NCBI GenBank assembly: GCA_043228905.1 | Contig: JBHGNT010000484.1 | Location: 1 to 23,216 of the forward strand | Direction: 5' to 3' | Length of the DNA: 23,216 bases | From: Azolla caroliniana | Taxonomy: Eukaryota; Plantae; Polypodiophyta | Part shown: positions 1 through 10,674 of the stretch, piece by piece | Layout: each line of letters opens with the position of its first letter | Position numbering within the stretch: the stretch's first letter is position 1 | Translations under genes and position numbers: made by a program | Notes under the pieces: model-generated | Databases searched by the model: none | What the model saw: only the letters and a program-made list of their open reading frames with translations | What the model was told of the DNA's origin: nothing

Positions 1-1509
1 ACCAGACAAGAATCATGTTATGACTAGGAATTGGGAAGACAAAATTTTTAACAGTCTTCTATGAGCATGGGAGCATGTACATAAAGGGTTGGAACATGGT
101 GTACCAATATGTGAGGAGGAATACTTGAGACAAAACTTAGTGTGGAATCCGAATATGCGTTTGCCCTCAGGGCACATGTTGGGGTCCCGTACGTGCTTGG
201 ATTGGGCCAAGCTCGATGTAGGGCCAGGAGCGTCCGTTGATGCATGGAAATCATTTCATACTCTGAATATAAATGACAAATCAGAATTCTTGTCTTCCTT
301 GAGAGGGGGGCTGATTATGTGGGACCAGGTGTAGTCGGTTTTGGGGCACTCAGCCTCTACGGTATGGTCCTTTAATCCTCCCAACTAGGAAGGAGCATTT
401 ACGAGGCTTCAAGTGCTAGTGGGGGTAAGGGGACATTTGTCTTGCAGATGATGTCAAGACTATGATGTGGAGGAGGATGGCAGTATATGTAGAGCAGCGA
501 TACAAACAGAGATCTTGCAATATGCTAAGGGTCCTGGCTTATGACGGATCTAAATGGATCATCGACCTGCAAGTTGAGGCAGTCAAGGAGCATTGGAAAT
601 TGAGAGTTTTTGAAAAGAAACCTTTGATAAGGTTGCAATGGGATCCGAGAGAATTTTGGTGGAAAGATCCGTTTGATCGTGCGGAAAAAGGTGTGGTTTT
701 TTCCAGTACTCAGTTAAGATTGGACGACACATTTTGGCAGCTCAACGTAGGACTACACCACGAGCTAGTCAATTTTGGACCCACCAAGGGATCACATCCG
801 AATTCCTAACAAAGTTTTGGAGAACATTATGGAAAAGGAAGCAATATATGAAAATAAATGTCTTCCAATGGCTAGTAATACATAGAGCATTACCAGTTGG
901 CAAATGGTTGCAACAATCAACTGCACCGACCGCATGCATCTATTGTAGTTGTCAGATGGAGACATTGAAACATTGCTTGTGGGAATGTCATGCTGCACAA
1001 CAAGTTTGGAGACGAGTGTTCCGAGTTCTTGCCTATATGTTTAGGGATTGCAAGTTTTCGTGGGGTATGGTAGTATGGGCTACAATGGCACAAGTGACGT
1101 GGCCGTATGAGGCATGCCAAAATGACACGATTATTAGAATTCAAAGAGGAATGATAATAATGGTGCGACGAAGTCAACTGGAGGCTCCTTACATGTTAAA
1201 GACAATGCAAGAAGTATGGGAGCTACTATGCACCACCACAATGTGGTTTATTTGGACTGCTAGGTGTTCTAAGGTGTTTGGTAATACTACTATTCATCCA
1301 GTGGAAAGTGTACGGAATGTCTGGATGGAGATGGTACATACCTTGAAAGGGTGGTATTAGGATATTAAAGGTGAGACAGATGTTGCAGTGTTGCAACGTC
1401 TCGAATTTATTGCCTATTGGAAGAAGCCCCTTTTCTCACAGTACAAAATTCAAGACCTAAAGGGTGCTTAGCACCATCAGTATGGTTGTTCCCACCACCA
1501 ATCACATAA
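1..1509 (+). pseudogene. Disrupted C-terminal part of LINE ORF2 (linker, zf-RVT cysteine cluster, WLFPPPIT tail)
   Basis: ORF pieces 89-334, 462-809 and 734-1360 match the 4912-8109 protein (RQNLVWNP, LQWDP.EFWW, CIYCSCQMETLKHCLWEC). Premature stops, a 14-nt deletion near 527 and frameshifts. Original stop TAA at 1507-1509. Confidence 0.93.
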
Positions 1510-1664
1510 CTTGGTTAAGGAGTGGTGGAGTCTTCATACTATTTATCCTTGAGGGATGGGACCTAAGGAAAAATGCACCAGATCAATGGTAGCTTGATGG
1601 TAGGTCAGTTTTTATTGTAATAATTGTTCATAACTAATGAAAGGATATTTTTCCAAAAAGAAAA
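1..1664 (+). mobile_element. L1-clade LINE copy A, 3' portion (continues off the window 5' end)
   Basis: Position 1 aligns to 6585 of copy B, with 2-5 differences per 60 nt in two spot checks. Same 3' UTR, ending ...TAACTAATGAAAGGATATTTTTCC + AAAAAGAAAA (1655-1664). Confidence 0.95.
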
Positions 1665-1875
1665 CATCATACATACATAATGCACACATACATAAACCAA
1701 CACATAAATTTTTACACACACACACACACACACATACACGTACATACATACATACATACATACATACATACATACATACATACATACATACATACATACA
1801 TACATACATACATACATACATACATACACACATACCTATATACACATATATACACTTACACACATACACATTTAC

Positions 1876-1910
<35 letters not shown>

Positions 1911-1986
1911 CATAACATATACAATCATACACATAGGCCATACATACAATAAACGAAATTAATACATTACAATACAATATGTACAT
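1665..1986 (+). repeat. Compound (CA)n/(CATA)n microsatellite with satellite-unit motifs
   Basis: (CA)n near 1714-1733 and 1888-1912; long perfect (CATA)n about 1742-1826. Motif CATACCTATATACACATATATACACTTACA is shared with about 8275-8303. Confidence 0.97.
1971..1986 (+). repeat. Left target-site duplication of LINE B (AATACAATATGTACAT)
   Basis: Identical 16-mer at 8250-8265, directly after the A-rich tail. Caveat: the motif also recurs in the satellite. Confidence 0.8.
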
Positions 1987-2021
1987 TTTTGTATCGATGT
2001 ATAGGAGATATTGAAAACGAG

Positions 2022-3767
2022 ATGGAGGAACAGGGAAGAGAGAGAACGCAGCAGAGAGCCACCTCAACGACACAACAGGGGAACTCTAAAGAAGCAGCCC
2101 CGCCAACAGAATCTGAGGAGCGGCCTCTACCGATCGTATTCTCGACAGAAGAAGAGGCTGAATTCAAATCAGAGATTCAGCGCCTAACTCAACTCTCGGT
2201 GATCTGCAGAGTGGTGGGAGCTCGGCCGAATAGAGGTGAGTGTAAAGATTTATTACAAGCATCTATGCATGGATTAATTGGTAGAATAATAGATGTCCAA
2301 TTCATGGGACGAGGATTTTATCATGTGGAATTGGATACAATCGAATCAGTGGGAATAATGTTGGAGCATAGTCCTCTTGATGTAAGAGGTGCCCGTGCAT
2401 TTGTGATGCCTTGGAAACAAGGTTTTAATCCGGTGGAGGCAATACGGAAAGGAGATCGAATATTTCCGTTAACGATTGTCTTCCTGGGATTACGTAAGGA
2501 GTATTTACCGATGCTTGAAGCAATAGCTTCAAGGATCGGAACTGTAGTGAGGGTCCAAGAAAGTATGGCTATGCGATTAAGTAAAATGTCAGGATTTCCG
2601 TCAGCCCGAATCTTGGTAGAATCACTCGAAAACTTACCGACAAAGGTAAGGCTACCAAATGAAGAAGGGGATTTTATAGAACAAAAGGTGGAGTTTGCCG
2701 GGCTCCCTGGACAATGCTTCTATTGTCGGCAAATGGGACATTTAGCCAAGAATTGCCCAAGGAGAAATATTAAATTGGGGGAAAAAAAACGTTGTTGCGA
2801 ATATTGTAAACAAGAAGGGCATGAGGCAGATAAATGTCAAGAGAAACTAGCCTCAGATTGTATGGGTGTACGGGCACAAGGGGAAACAAGAGACACTCAA
2901 TGGATAAATGTAAAGGCTAAACATGGATGCAAGACACGTACGGTGCCTATGCAAGAGACGTGTCTCACCCCTAATGCGTATAATGCATTGGACATAGAAA
3001 TTGATACACAAGAACAACCAACATCCACTACTGAGATAAGGGGGAAAATTGTTAGTACCACCCAACCAAATGATGGATGTGTCAAGGCAAAAACATTTCG
3101 TTCAAAAAGAACAATACAATCACAAAAATTGGATAATGCGATCACAATAAGAACATGTGGGATGTTGAAGGAGGATACCGGAAATGGTGGCTTTTCCATA
3201 CTTGATTATGCAGCCCCCTTTGGGCATGAGTTCACAAAACATTTGGGTGTTAAAGATGTTCATGAACCCAATGCAATAAGGGTCCATGTTTTATTTAGAC
3301 AAAAACAAGTGGAAAACTCATTGGTCGGTTATTCCTTTCCATTATGTGGTTATGAGAGAAATGACATATGGAATCAACCGAATGTTATGTTGGCCATGAG
3401 AGGACAAGTTTTGTATTTTGCCAAATACGTGCAAAATCCTCAATTGGGGGAAACAATATTGAGGGGGTTAGAGAATGCAAGTTGTTTAGTGGTTCCGTAT
3501 TTGGATGCAATGAACCGCAAGCATGTTGTATTGGATGTACCTTCCGATATATTGTTTGATTTTGGATATGTTTATATTCATGAAGATGATGTGCCGGAAA
3601 GCCAAGCCAAGGCTCGGGCCCATCATCATTGGAGATTCATTAAAGAAGGTTGTGACATACTCAAAAGCCAAATGGTGATTATGGGAGATGGGGGTGGCGT
3701 AAGCTCCGTGGAACCATCCTCTAAGACTCGTAGGATCGGGTCCGGTTCGGCCTCTAACAATTGTTGA
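2022..3767 (+). CDS. LINE ORF1 protein (DUF4283/RRM-like region, two CCHC zinc knuckles, extra C-terminal region)
   Basis: Open frame from ATG 2022. Plant L1 ORF1 hallmarks (MGRGFYHVEL..., VMPWKQGFNP, IASRIGTV, ARILV, QKVEFAGLPGQC) and knuckles CFYCRQMGHLAKNC and CEYCKQEGHEADKC. Confidence 0.92.
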   Translation: MEEQGRERTQQRATSTTQQGNSKEAAPPTESEERPLPIVFSTEEEAEFKSEIQRLTQLSVICRVVGARPNRGECKDLLQASMHGLIGRIIDVQFMGRGFYHVELDTIESVGIMLEHSPLDVRGARAFVMPWKQGFNPVEAIRKGDRIFPLTIVFLGLRKEYLPMLEAIASRIGTVVRVQESMAMRLSKMSGFPSARILVESLENLPTKVRLPNEEGDFIEQKVEFAGLPGQCFYCRQMGHLAKNCPRRNIKLGEKKRCCEYCKQEGHEADKCQEKLASDCMGVRAQGETRDTQWINVKAKHGCKTRTVPMQETCLTPNAYNALDIEIDTQEQPTSTTEIRGKIVSTTQPNDGCVKAKTFRSKRTIQSQKLDNAITIRTCGMLKEDTGNGGFSILDYAAPFGHEFTKHLGVKDVHEPNAIRVHVLFRQKQVENSLVGYSFPLCGYERNDIWNQPNVMLAMRGQVLYFAKYVQNPQLGETILRGLENASCLVVPYLDAMNRKHVVLDVPSDILFDFGYVYIHEDDVPESQAKARAHHHWRFIKEGCDILKSQMVIMGDGGGVSSVEPSSKTRRIGSGSASNNC

Positions 3768-6700
3768 TGAGGCTCCTCACATGGAATGTTCAGGGCTTGG
3801 GAGGTCCCTTATACCGAAGATATAGAGGTAGGTTAAGGCAGGAATTACAAAAGTGTCTCACGAATGGATCGTTGGACATTATGATGTTTCAAGAACATCA
3901 TTTGAATGAGCAAAGAATAAGGAACTATGGCACTATATTACCTGGTAGTTGGGAGATGTTTTGGTCCCCGGCTATTGGCACTAGTGGTACACAAGGCGGG
4001 GTGTGTATGGCAATTGCACATCATTGGAAATCAAGTATTATATGCAAAGAGATCATTGTGCCAGGACGAGCACAATATATTGTATTACAAGATTTACATA
4101 CAACTTGGGGTTACTTGAATATCTACGCGCCAAATCATGCATCGGCTAGGAAACACTTTTGGTGTGAAATTACAAATGCATTACCAAATGTGTCTCATTG
4201 GTGTGTTGCAGGGGATTTTAATATGCTTGAGGACCCAGAGGATAGGAAAGGTGGGAGTGTTTCAACAATTCATGGGGAGGAATTAGCAGTATGGGAACGG
4301 ATGTGTTTGAAATTGAGTATTTTTGATGCATGGCATATGCCTAATGTTTATAGATCTCAGAATCCCTTGAGTTTCTCACGTTCGGATAGGAGAATAGCTG
4401 GAACCAATCTTTCAAGATTGGATAGATTTTATGTGGGGGAGGCCTTTGTCTTAAATGGGGGAAATATCACTATTATGCCAGGCACAACTTTCTCTGATCA
4501 TGCTCATGTTATATTGAGAACCTTTGGGCAATCGAAAAGGGAGTCCATACGATTTAGGATACCCGAAAAAGTAATGTTACATGATAGATGGTATAATCAA
4601 GTGACAGATATTTGGCAGAACAAAGATAATATGGATGCTCCCATTACAATCAAAGTGGCTTGTGCTTTGACGGAGATATCACAATATTTTGCGTTAAAAT
4701 CAAGATCTGAATATATGGAATATCTGGAGAAGGAAAGAGGGATGAGGGCAAGATTGATATCTTTGCAAAGATTGCAACAGGGTCGACCAGAGTGTGCGTG
4801 GATAGCTTCACATCTTGAAGAAGCCCGAAAACAAGTTCAACATATGGAAGAATGTCATAGTCAATTTAGGTATCACAACTCTGCTTCAAGATGGACGCAA
4901 ATTGGGGATAGATGTACAAATTTTTTAATATTAAAGGCCCCAAAAGAGTCTCTAATGTAACCTGTTGTTTGCGGAATGAAAATGGCGAACTTGAAATGGA
5001 TCCAAATGTTGTGCGGGTAATTGCCACGAAATTCTACGCTACCCTTTTGTCAGAAGAGCCTATCTCTGAGGAGATAAGCCAAAATAGAATGAAGGTCTGG
5101 GCGGAAATTCAACCCAAGGTTACTCAAGCAATGCAAGATTCATTGTTGTCACCTATTACAGAATTGGAGTTGGAACAAGCGCTACACTCTTTATCGGACA
5201 ATAGTTGTCCTGGAGTGGATGGACTTACACCTAAATTCTACAAGAAATATTGGGGGATACTGAAGAAAGACTTAAAAGATGCTTACCAACATATGTTTGA
5301 AAGTGGAGAGATGCCCATGTCGTTATCTGAGGGGCTTATTTATCTTATACCTAAAACAGAAGGAGTTTCAGAAGATATTCGTAAGTGGAGGCCAATCACC
5401 CTCTTGACTACTAGTTATAAGCTATTTGCAAAGTTGCTTAGTTCTCGGTTACAAGAGGTATCACCAAAGATAATTCATGTATCGCAAACTGGTTTTATGA
5501 GGGAAAGGAGTATTATGGATAATGTTTTTACATTTTGGGAGGCTACTGCAGTAGCGGTAAAAAACAAACAAAATCTAGCCGTGTTGCTTTTAGATTTTGA
5601 GAAAGCGTATGATAGGGTTGACTGGAATTTTTTGGAAGGTACTATGCATCACTTGGGCTTCAACACGACATGGATTAAAGGTGTTTCTTGTCATTATAGA
5701 AATGCACACAGTCAGGTGTTGTTGGCAGGTGGAGTAGGACCTCGTTTTAACATTACTCGATCAGTTCGCCAAGGCTGTCCACTTGCACCATTTTTGTTCC
5801 TTCTGTTTGCGGAAGCAATGCATGCATTTATATCATCACAATCTATAGGCTTGCGTGGTTTGGCAATGCCAATGCATGGACAAGATATATTGGACTCGGA
5901 ATTTGCAGATGACACTGCATTATATGTGGATGGGACTCTAACGAATTTGCAACAAGTACAAGGGGCTTTGTCACAGTTTTGTATAGCGGCTGGAGCTAAG
6001 TTAAATTGGGAGAAAACTGTTGCATTTTGGGTAAGCAAGGAGCCGCCGCCTTGTTGGGCACCGCATCATACTTTCCAATGGACTCAAACAGGAGTTGCGG
6101 TTCGATATCTTGGAGTGCAGGTTGGGATTGATTTGGTTCCAGAATTACATGCTGCACCATTACTATTAACTTTGAGGAAAAAATTATTCTTGTGGAGTCA
6201 TGCTAAACTATCTTTGGCCGGTAGAGTGATAGTTGCCAACCATGTGCTACTATCTACGGTGTGGTATATAGCCTCATCTTGGATCTTTTCAAAATCGTGC
6301 ATTGGACAAATTCGAAGGCTGGTTAGGAATTTTATATGGGCTGGGGAAGATAAGAGTCATGTAAGACCGAAGGTGGCTTGGAGTACATTGATAACCCCAA
6401 AACAATACGGTGGTTTGGGGATTATAGATCCATTAGACCAATGCATGGCCTTGTTAGCAAAACTAATAATTCGTGGCCTTTTACCAGGACATGCTCCTTG
6501 GAAGCAATTACTTATGCAAAGATTGTATAGTTGTGCTCCGTCGATGGGTGGATTATGGGCTGATAGCATAAGGTGGATTTTTATACCAGACAAGAAACAT
6601 GTTATGTCTAGGAATTGGGAAGACAAATTTTTTAATGGTCTTCTACGAGCATGGGAGCATGTACATAAAGGGTTGGAACATGGTGTACCAACATGTGAGG

Positions 6701-8109
6701 AGGAATACTTGAGACAAAACTTAGTGTGGAATCCGAATATGCGTTTGCCATCAGGGCACATGTTGGGGTCCCGAACGCGATTGGATTGGGCCAAGCTCGA
6801 TGTAGGGCCAGGAGCGTCCGTTGATGCATGGAAATCATTTCATACTCTGAATATAAATGACAGATCAGAATTCTTGTCTTCCTTGAGAGGGGGGCTGATT
6901 ATGTGGGACCAAGTGCAGTCAGTTTTGGGGCACTCTGATGTTACGATATGGTCCTTTAACCCTCCCAAGTGGGAAGGAGCATTTACGAGGCTTCAAGTGC
7001 TAGTGGGGGTAAGGGGACATTTGTCTTGCGGACGATGTCAAGACTATGAGGTGGAGGAAGATGGCAGTATAAGTAGTGCAACGATACAAACAAAGATCTT
7101 GCAATATGCTACATTTTCTAAAATAAGGGTCCTTGCTTATGACGGATCTAAGTGGCTCATCGACCCACAAGTTGAGGCGGTCAAGGAGCATTGGAAACTG
7201 AGAGTTTTTGAAAAGAAACCTTTGATAAGGTTGCAATGGGATCCGGGAGAATTTTGGTGGAAAGATCCGTTTGATCGTATGGGAAAAAGGTATGGTTTTT
7301 TTCAGTATTCAGTTAAGATGGGACGACACATTTTGGCACCTCAACGTAGGACTACACCACGAGCTAGTCAATTTTGGAACCACCAAGGGATCACATCGGA
7401 ATTCCTAACAAAGTTTTGGGGAACATTATGGAAAAGGAAGCAAGATATGAAAAGAAATGTCTTCCAATGGTTAGTAATACATAGAGCATTGCCAATTGGC
7501 CAATGGTTGCAACAATCAGCTGCACCGACCGCATGCATCTATTGTTGTTGTCAGATGGAGACATTGAAACATTGCTTGTGGGAATGTCATGCTGCACAGC
7601 AAGTTTGGAGGCGAGTGTTCCGAGTTCTTGCCTTTATGTTTAGGGATTGCAGTTTTTCGTGGGGTATGGTAGTATGGGCCACAGTGGCACAAGTGGTGTG
7701 GCCATATGATGCATGCCCAAATGACACGATTATTAGAATTCAAAGAGGAAGGATAATGGCGGTGCAACAAAGTCAAATGGAGGCTCCTTACATGGTAAAG
7801 ACAATGCAAGAGGTATGGGAGCTACTATGCACCACCACAATGTGGTTTATTTGGACTGCTAGGTGTTCTAAGGTGTTTGGTAATACTACTATTCATCCAG
7901 TGGAAAGTACACGGAATGTCTGGATGGAGATGGTACATACCTTGAAAGGACAGTATGAGGATATTAAAGGTGAGACAGATGTTGCAGTGTTGCAACGTCT
8001 CGAATTTATTGTCTATTGGAAAAAGACCCCTTTTCTCACAATACAAAATTCAAGACCTAAATGGTGCTTAGCGCCACCAGTATGGTTGTTCCCACCACCA
8101 ATCACATAA
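3767..8109 (+). CDS. LINE ORF2: AP endonuclease + reverse transcriptase + zf-RVT, with one -1 frame break at about 4918-4926
   Basis: APE motifs TWNVQGL, FQEHH, NIYAPN, GDFN, SRLDRFY, FSDH. RT motifs PGVDG, WRPITLL, LDFEKAYDRVDW, VRQGCPLAP, FADD, RYLG. CxxC...HCLWEC zinc finger. Two overlapping ORFs (3761-4960, 4912-8109). Confidence 0.95.
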
Positions 8110-8249
8110 CTTGGTTAAGGAGTGGTGGAGTGTTGAGGGTTGGGACCTAAGGAAGAATGCACCAGATCAATGGTAGCTTGATGGTAGGTCAATTTTTTGT
8201 AATGTTGTTCATAACTAATGAAAGGATATTTTTCCGGAAAAAAAATAAA

Positions 8250-8265
8250 AATACAATATGTACAT
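8250..8265 (+). repeat. Right target-site duplication of LINE B
   Basis: AATACAATATGTACAT, identical to 1971-1986. Confidence 0.8.
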
Positions 8266-8589
8266 ACATACACACATACCTATATACACATATATACACT
8301 TACATACATACACATTTACATATATAACACATACATACACATGGAATACAATACAATACACACACACACACACGTGTGTGTAGAATATACATATACATAT
8401 GGACACATATATATGTAGTATGGAACATACATACACACACAAACATAACACACAACATACATGCTATACATACAATAAATGCAATTAAATAAAATACAAT
8501 ACAATATGTACATAATACACACATACCTATATACACATGCAATGCAATCCATACAATACCTATATACACATATAATGCATACATACATA

Positions 8590-8637
<48 letters not shown>

Positions 8638-8896
8638 GCAATTAAATAAAATACAATACAATATGTACATACATACACACCTATACACACATGCAATACA
8701 ATACATATATACACATACATACATACACATACATACATACACATACATACATACACATATACACACATAACAATATGTAAACACACACACACACACACAC
8801 AAACATAACACACATACCTATATACACATGCAATACAATCCATACAATACATATATACACATACATACATACACATATACACACATAACAATATGT

Positions 8897-8967
<71 letters not shown>

Positions 8968-9056
8968 TAACACACATACCTATATACACATGCAATACTA
9001 TCCATACAATACATATATACACATACATACATACACATATACACATAACAATATGT

Positions 9057-9089
<33 letters not shown>

Positions 9090-9270
9090 ACACACATACC
9101 TATATACACATGCAATACTATCCATACAATACATATATACACATACATACATACACATATACACACATAACAATATGTAAACACACACACACACACACAA
9201 ACATAACACACATACACACATGCATACATGCATACATACACACGCACAAACATAACACACATAACAATAT

Positions 9271-9313
<43 letters not shown>

Positions 9314-9700
9314 TAACACACATAGACACATGCATACATGCATACATACACACGCACAAACATAACACACAACACACACGCATACCACATACAAGCATAT
9401 ATGATGTATGGAACATACATACACATGCACAAACATAACACACAACACACATGCATACCACATACAAACATATATGATGTATGGAACATACATACACACG
9501 CACAAACATAACACACAACACACATGCATACCACATACAAACATATATGATGTATGGAACATACATACACACACAAACATAACACACAACACACAACACA
9601 CATGCATACCACATACAAACATATATGATGTATAAAACATACATACACACACACACAAACATAACACACGACACACATGCATACCACATACAAACATACC
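8250..9700 (+). repeat. Compound CA-rich micro-/minisatellite with higher-order units (about 120-160 bp and about 73 bp)
   Basis: CCTATATACACATGCAATAC anchors at 8817, 8979 and 9099. GATGTAT anchors at 9403, 9476, 9549 and 9627. Interspersed (CA)n runs; very few G on the + strand. Confidence 0.96.
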
Positions 9701-10249
9701 ACGTAACTTAATATTTATGCCTTTTACTTTAACAAGAAAAGGAGAAAAGAGTAGAAACCAAATATAAACCTACGGTATTCCAAATATATTTTTTGATTTC
9801 TTTAAGATATTATTTACTTCCATGTATATTAAGTTTTCTTGCCTTTGTTGTTACATGTTATAATACAGGTCCAACGTTGAAGATGGAAACGACATGAAAT
9901 TTATAGCCTAAAATGAACTTCTTAGGGTTTTCTTTTTATATAATTGGTCTTTATAAGGGCAACTTTTATTGTAATAAGTTTTTAAAGTAGACATTGCAAT
10001 AACAAAATGATTTATTTTATTTCATTTTTTTATTTGGGTAAGAATGTGTGAATAGATGATGTCTTACATTTCAAATAGAAATATGAAGTAGGTTGCCATT
10101 TGTTTGATCAATGTGTTTGAGAAAAAATAATGTTATGGCTTCATATGAGTCTATCCATGAAACCAAACATAATGTTAATTTGTTAGTAATTTCATTATTG
10201 ATATGCATTTTAGATTGTTCCATGTGTTCTTTTATATATATATATATAT

Positions 10250-10459
10250 TGTGGGGTCACGTGGTAAAACCACAGGATAAAACCCCTCACCTAACCCAAG
10301 TAGCTATAACCAGGGTTAGGGGGTTAGACCTTGGGTTAGTTAGAAGTAAGTAAATAGAAGTGTGCCAAGATAACCGAATGGATCTTGGAATGTATTACCA
10401 TGGTGTATAAATACATTTAGATGAAATGGAAAATGAGGAGAGTTTAGAGGCATTTTACA
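10250..10459 (+). repeat. 5' LTR (210 bp)
   Basis: TGTGGGGTCAC...CATTTTACA; direct repeat of 14779-15018 with 5 substitutions and a 30-bp indel. Confidence 0.96.
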
Positions 10460-10464
10460 CACTT

Positions 10465-10482
10465 TGGTGGAGAAGACAGGCA
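10465..10482 (+). promoter_or_regulatory. Primer binding site, tRNA-Ala-like (TGGTGGAGAAGACAGGCA)
   Basis: Starts with TGG 5 nt after the LTR. TGGTGGAGA is complementary to the ...UCUCCACCA 3' end of eukaryotic tRNA-Ala. Confidence 0.7.
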
Positions 10483-10674
10483 ACAATCAAAACACCAACT
10501 CAAGAAAAAGCTGAAACAAAAACAAGACGCTACTCCAACAGATTAGACACCACCACATCAAGAAGAAGGCGCCGCAACGCTGCCCCAACACAACAAAACG
10601 CAACAATAACAAGCTGAAACAACCATACCCAACACAACAAGACGCAACAACAGCAGGTCGAAACCAACATACAA

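Larger units (their letters stand above)
1987..8249 (+). mobile_element. Near full-length L1-clade LINE copy B (about 6.26 kb)
   Basis: ORF1 + ORF2 (APE-RT-zf), a 3' UTR of about 130 nt, A-rich tail 8238-8249 and a flanking 16-bp TSD. Confidence 0.96.

Noticed and set aside
1605-2073. ORFs of MYVC/HTYI repeats
   Set aside because: Translations of (CATA)n/(CA)n, which lack stop codons; not genes.
1-8249. A and B 3' regions as long terminal repeats of one element
   Set aside because: The repeat is ORF2 coding sequence plus an A-rich tail, with no TG...CA ends, PBS or PPT; these are two LINE copies.
9350-9700. CRISPR-like regular repeat
   Set aside because: Whole units repeat with no unique spacers, there are no cas genes, and the context is eukaryotic.
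8215-9702. Long Cys/Val/Met/Tyr-rich ORFs up to 457 aa
   Set aside because: Artefacts of the satellite tract, open in several frames at once.
10426-10617. ORF starting inside the 5' LTR in the gag frame
   Set aside because: CAA-rich low-complexity leader that crosses the PBS; cannot be supported as a separate gene.
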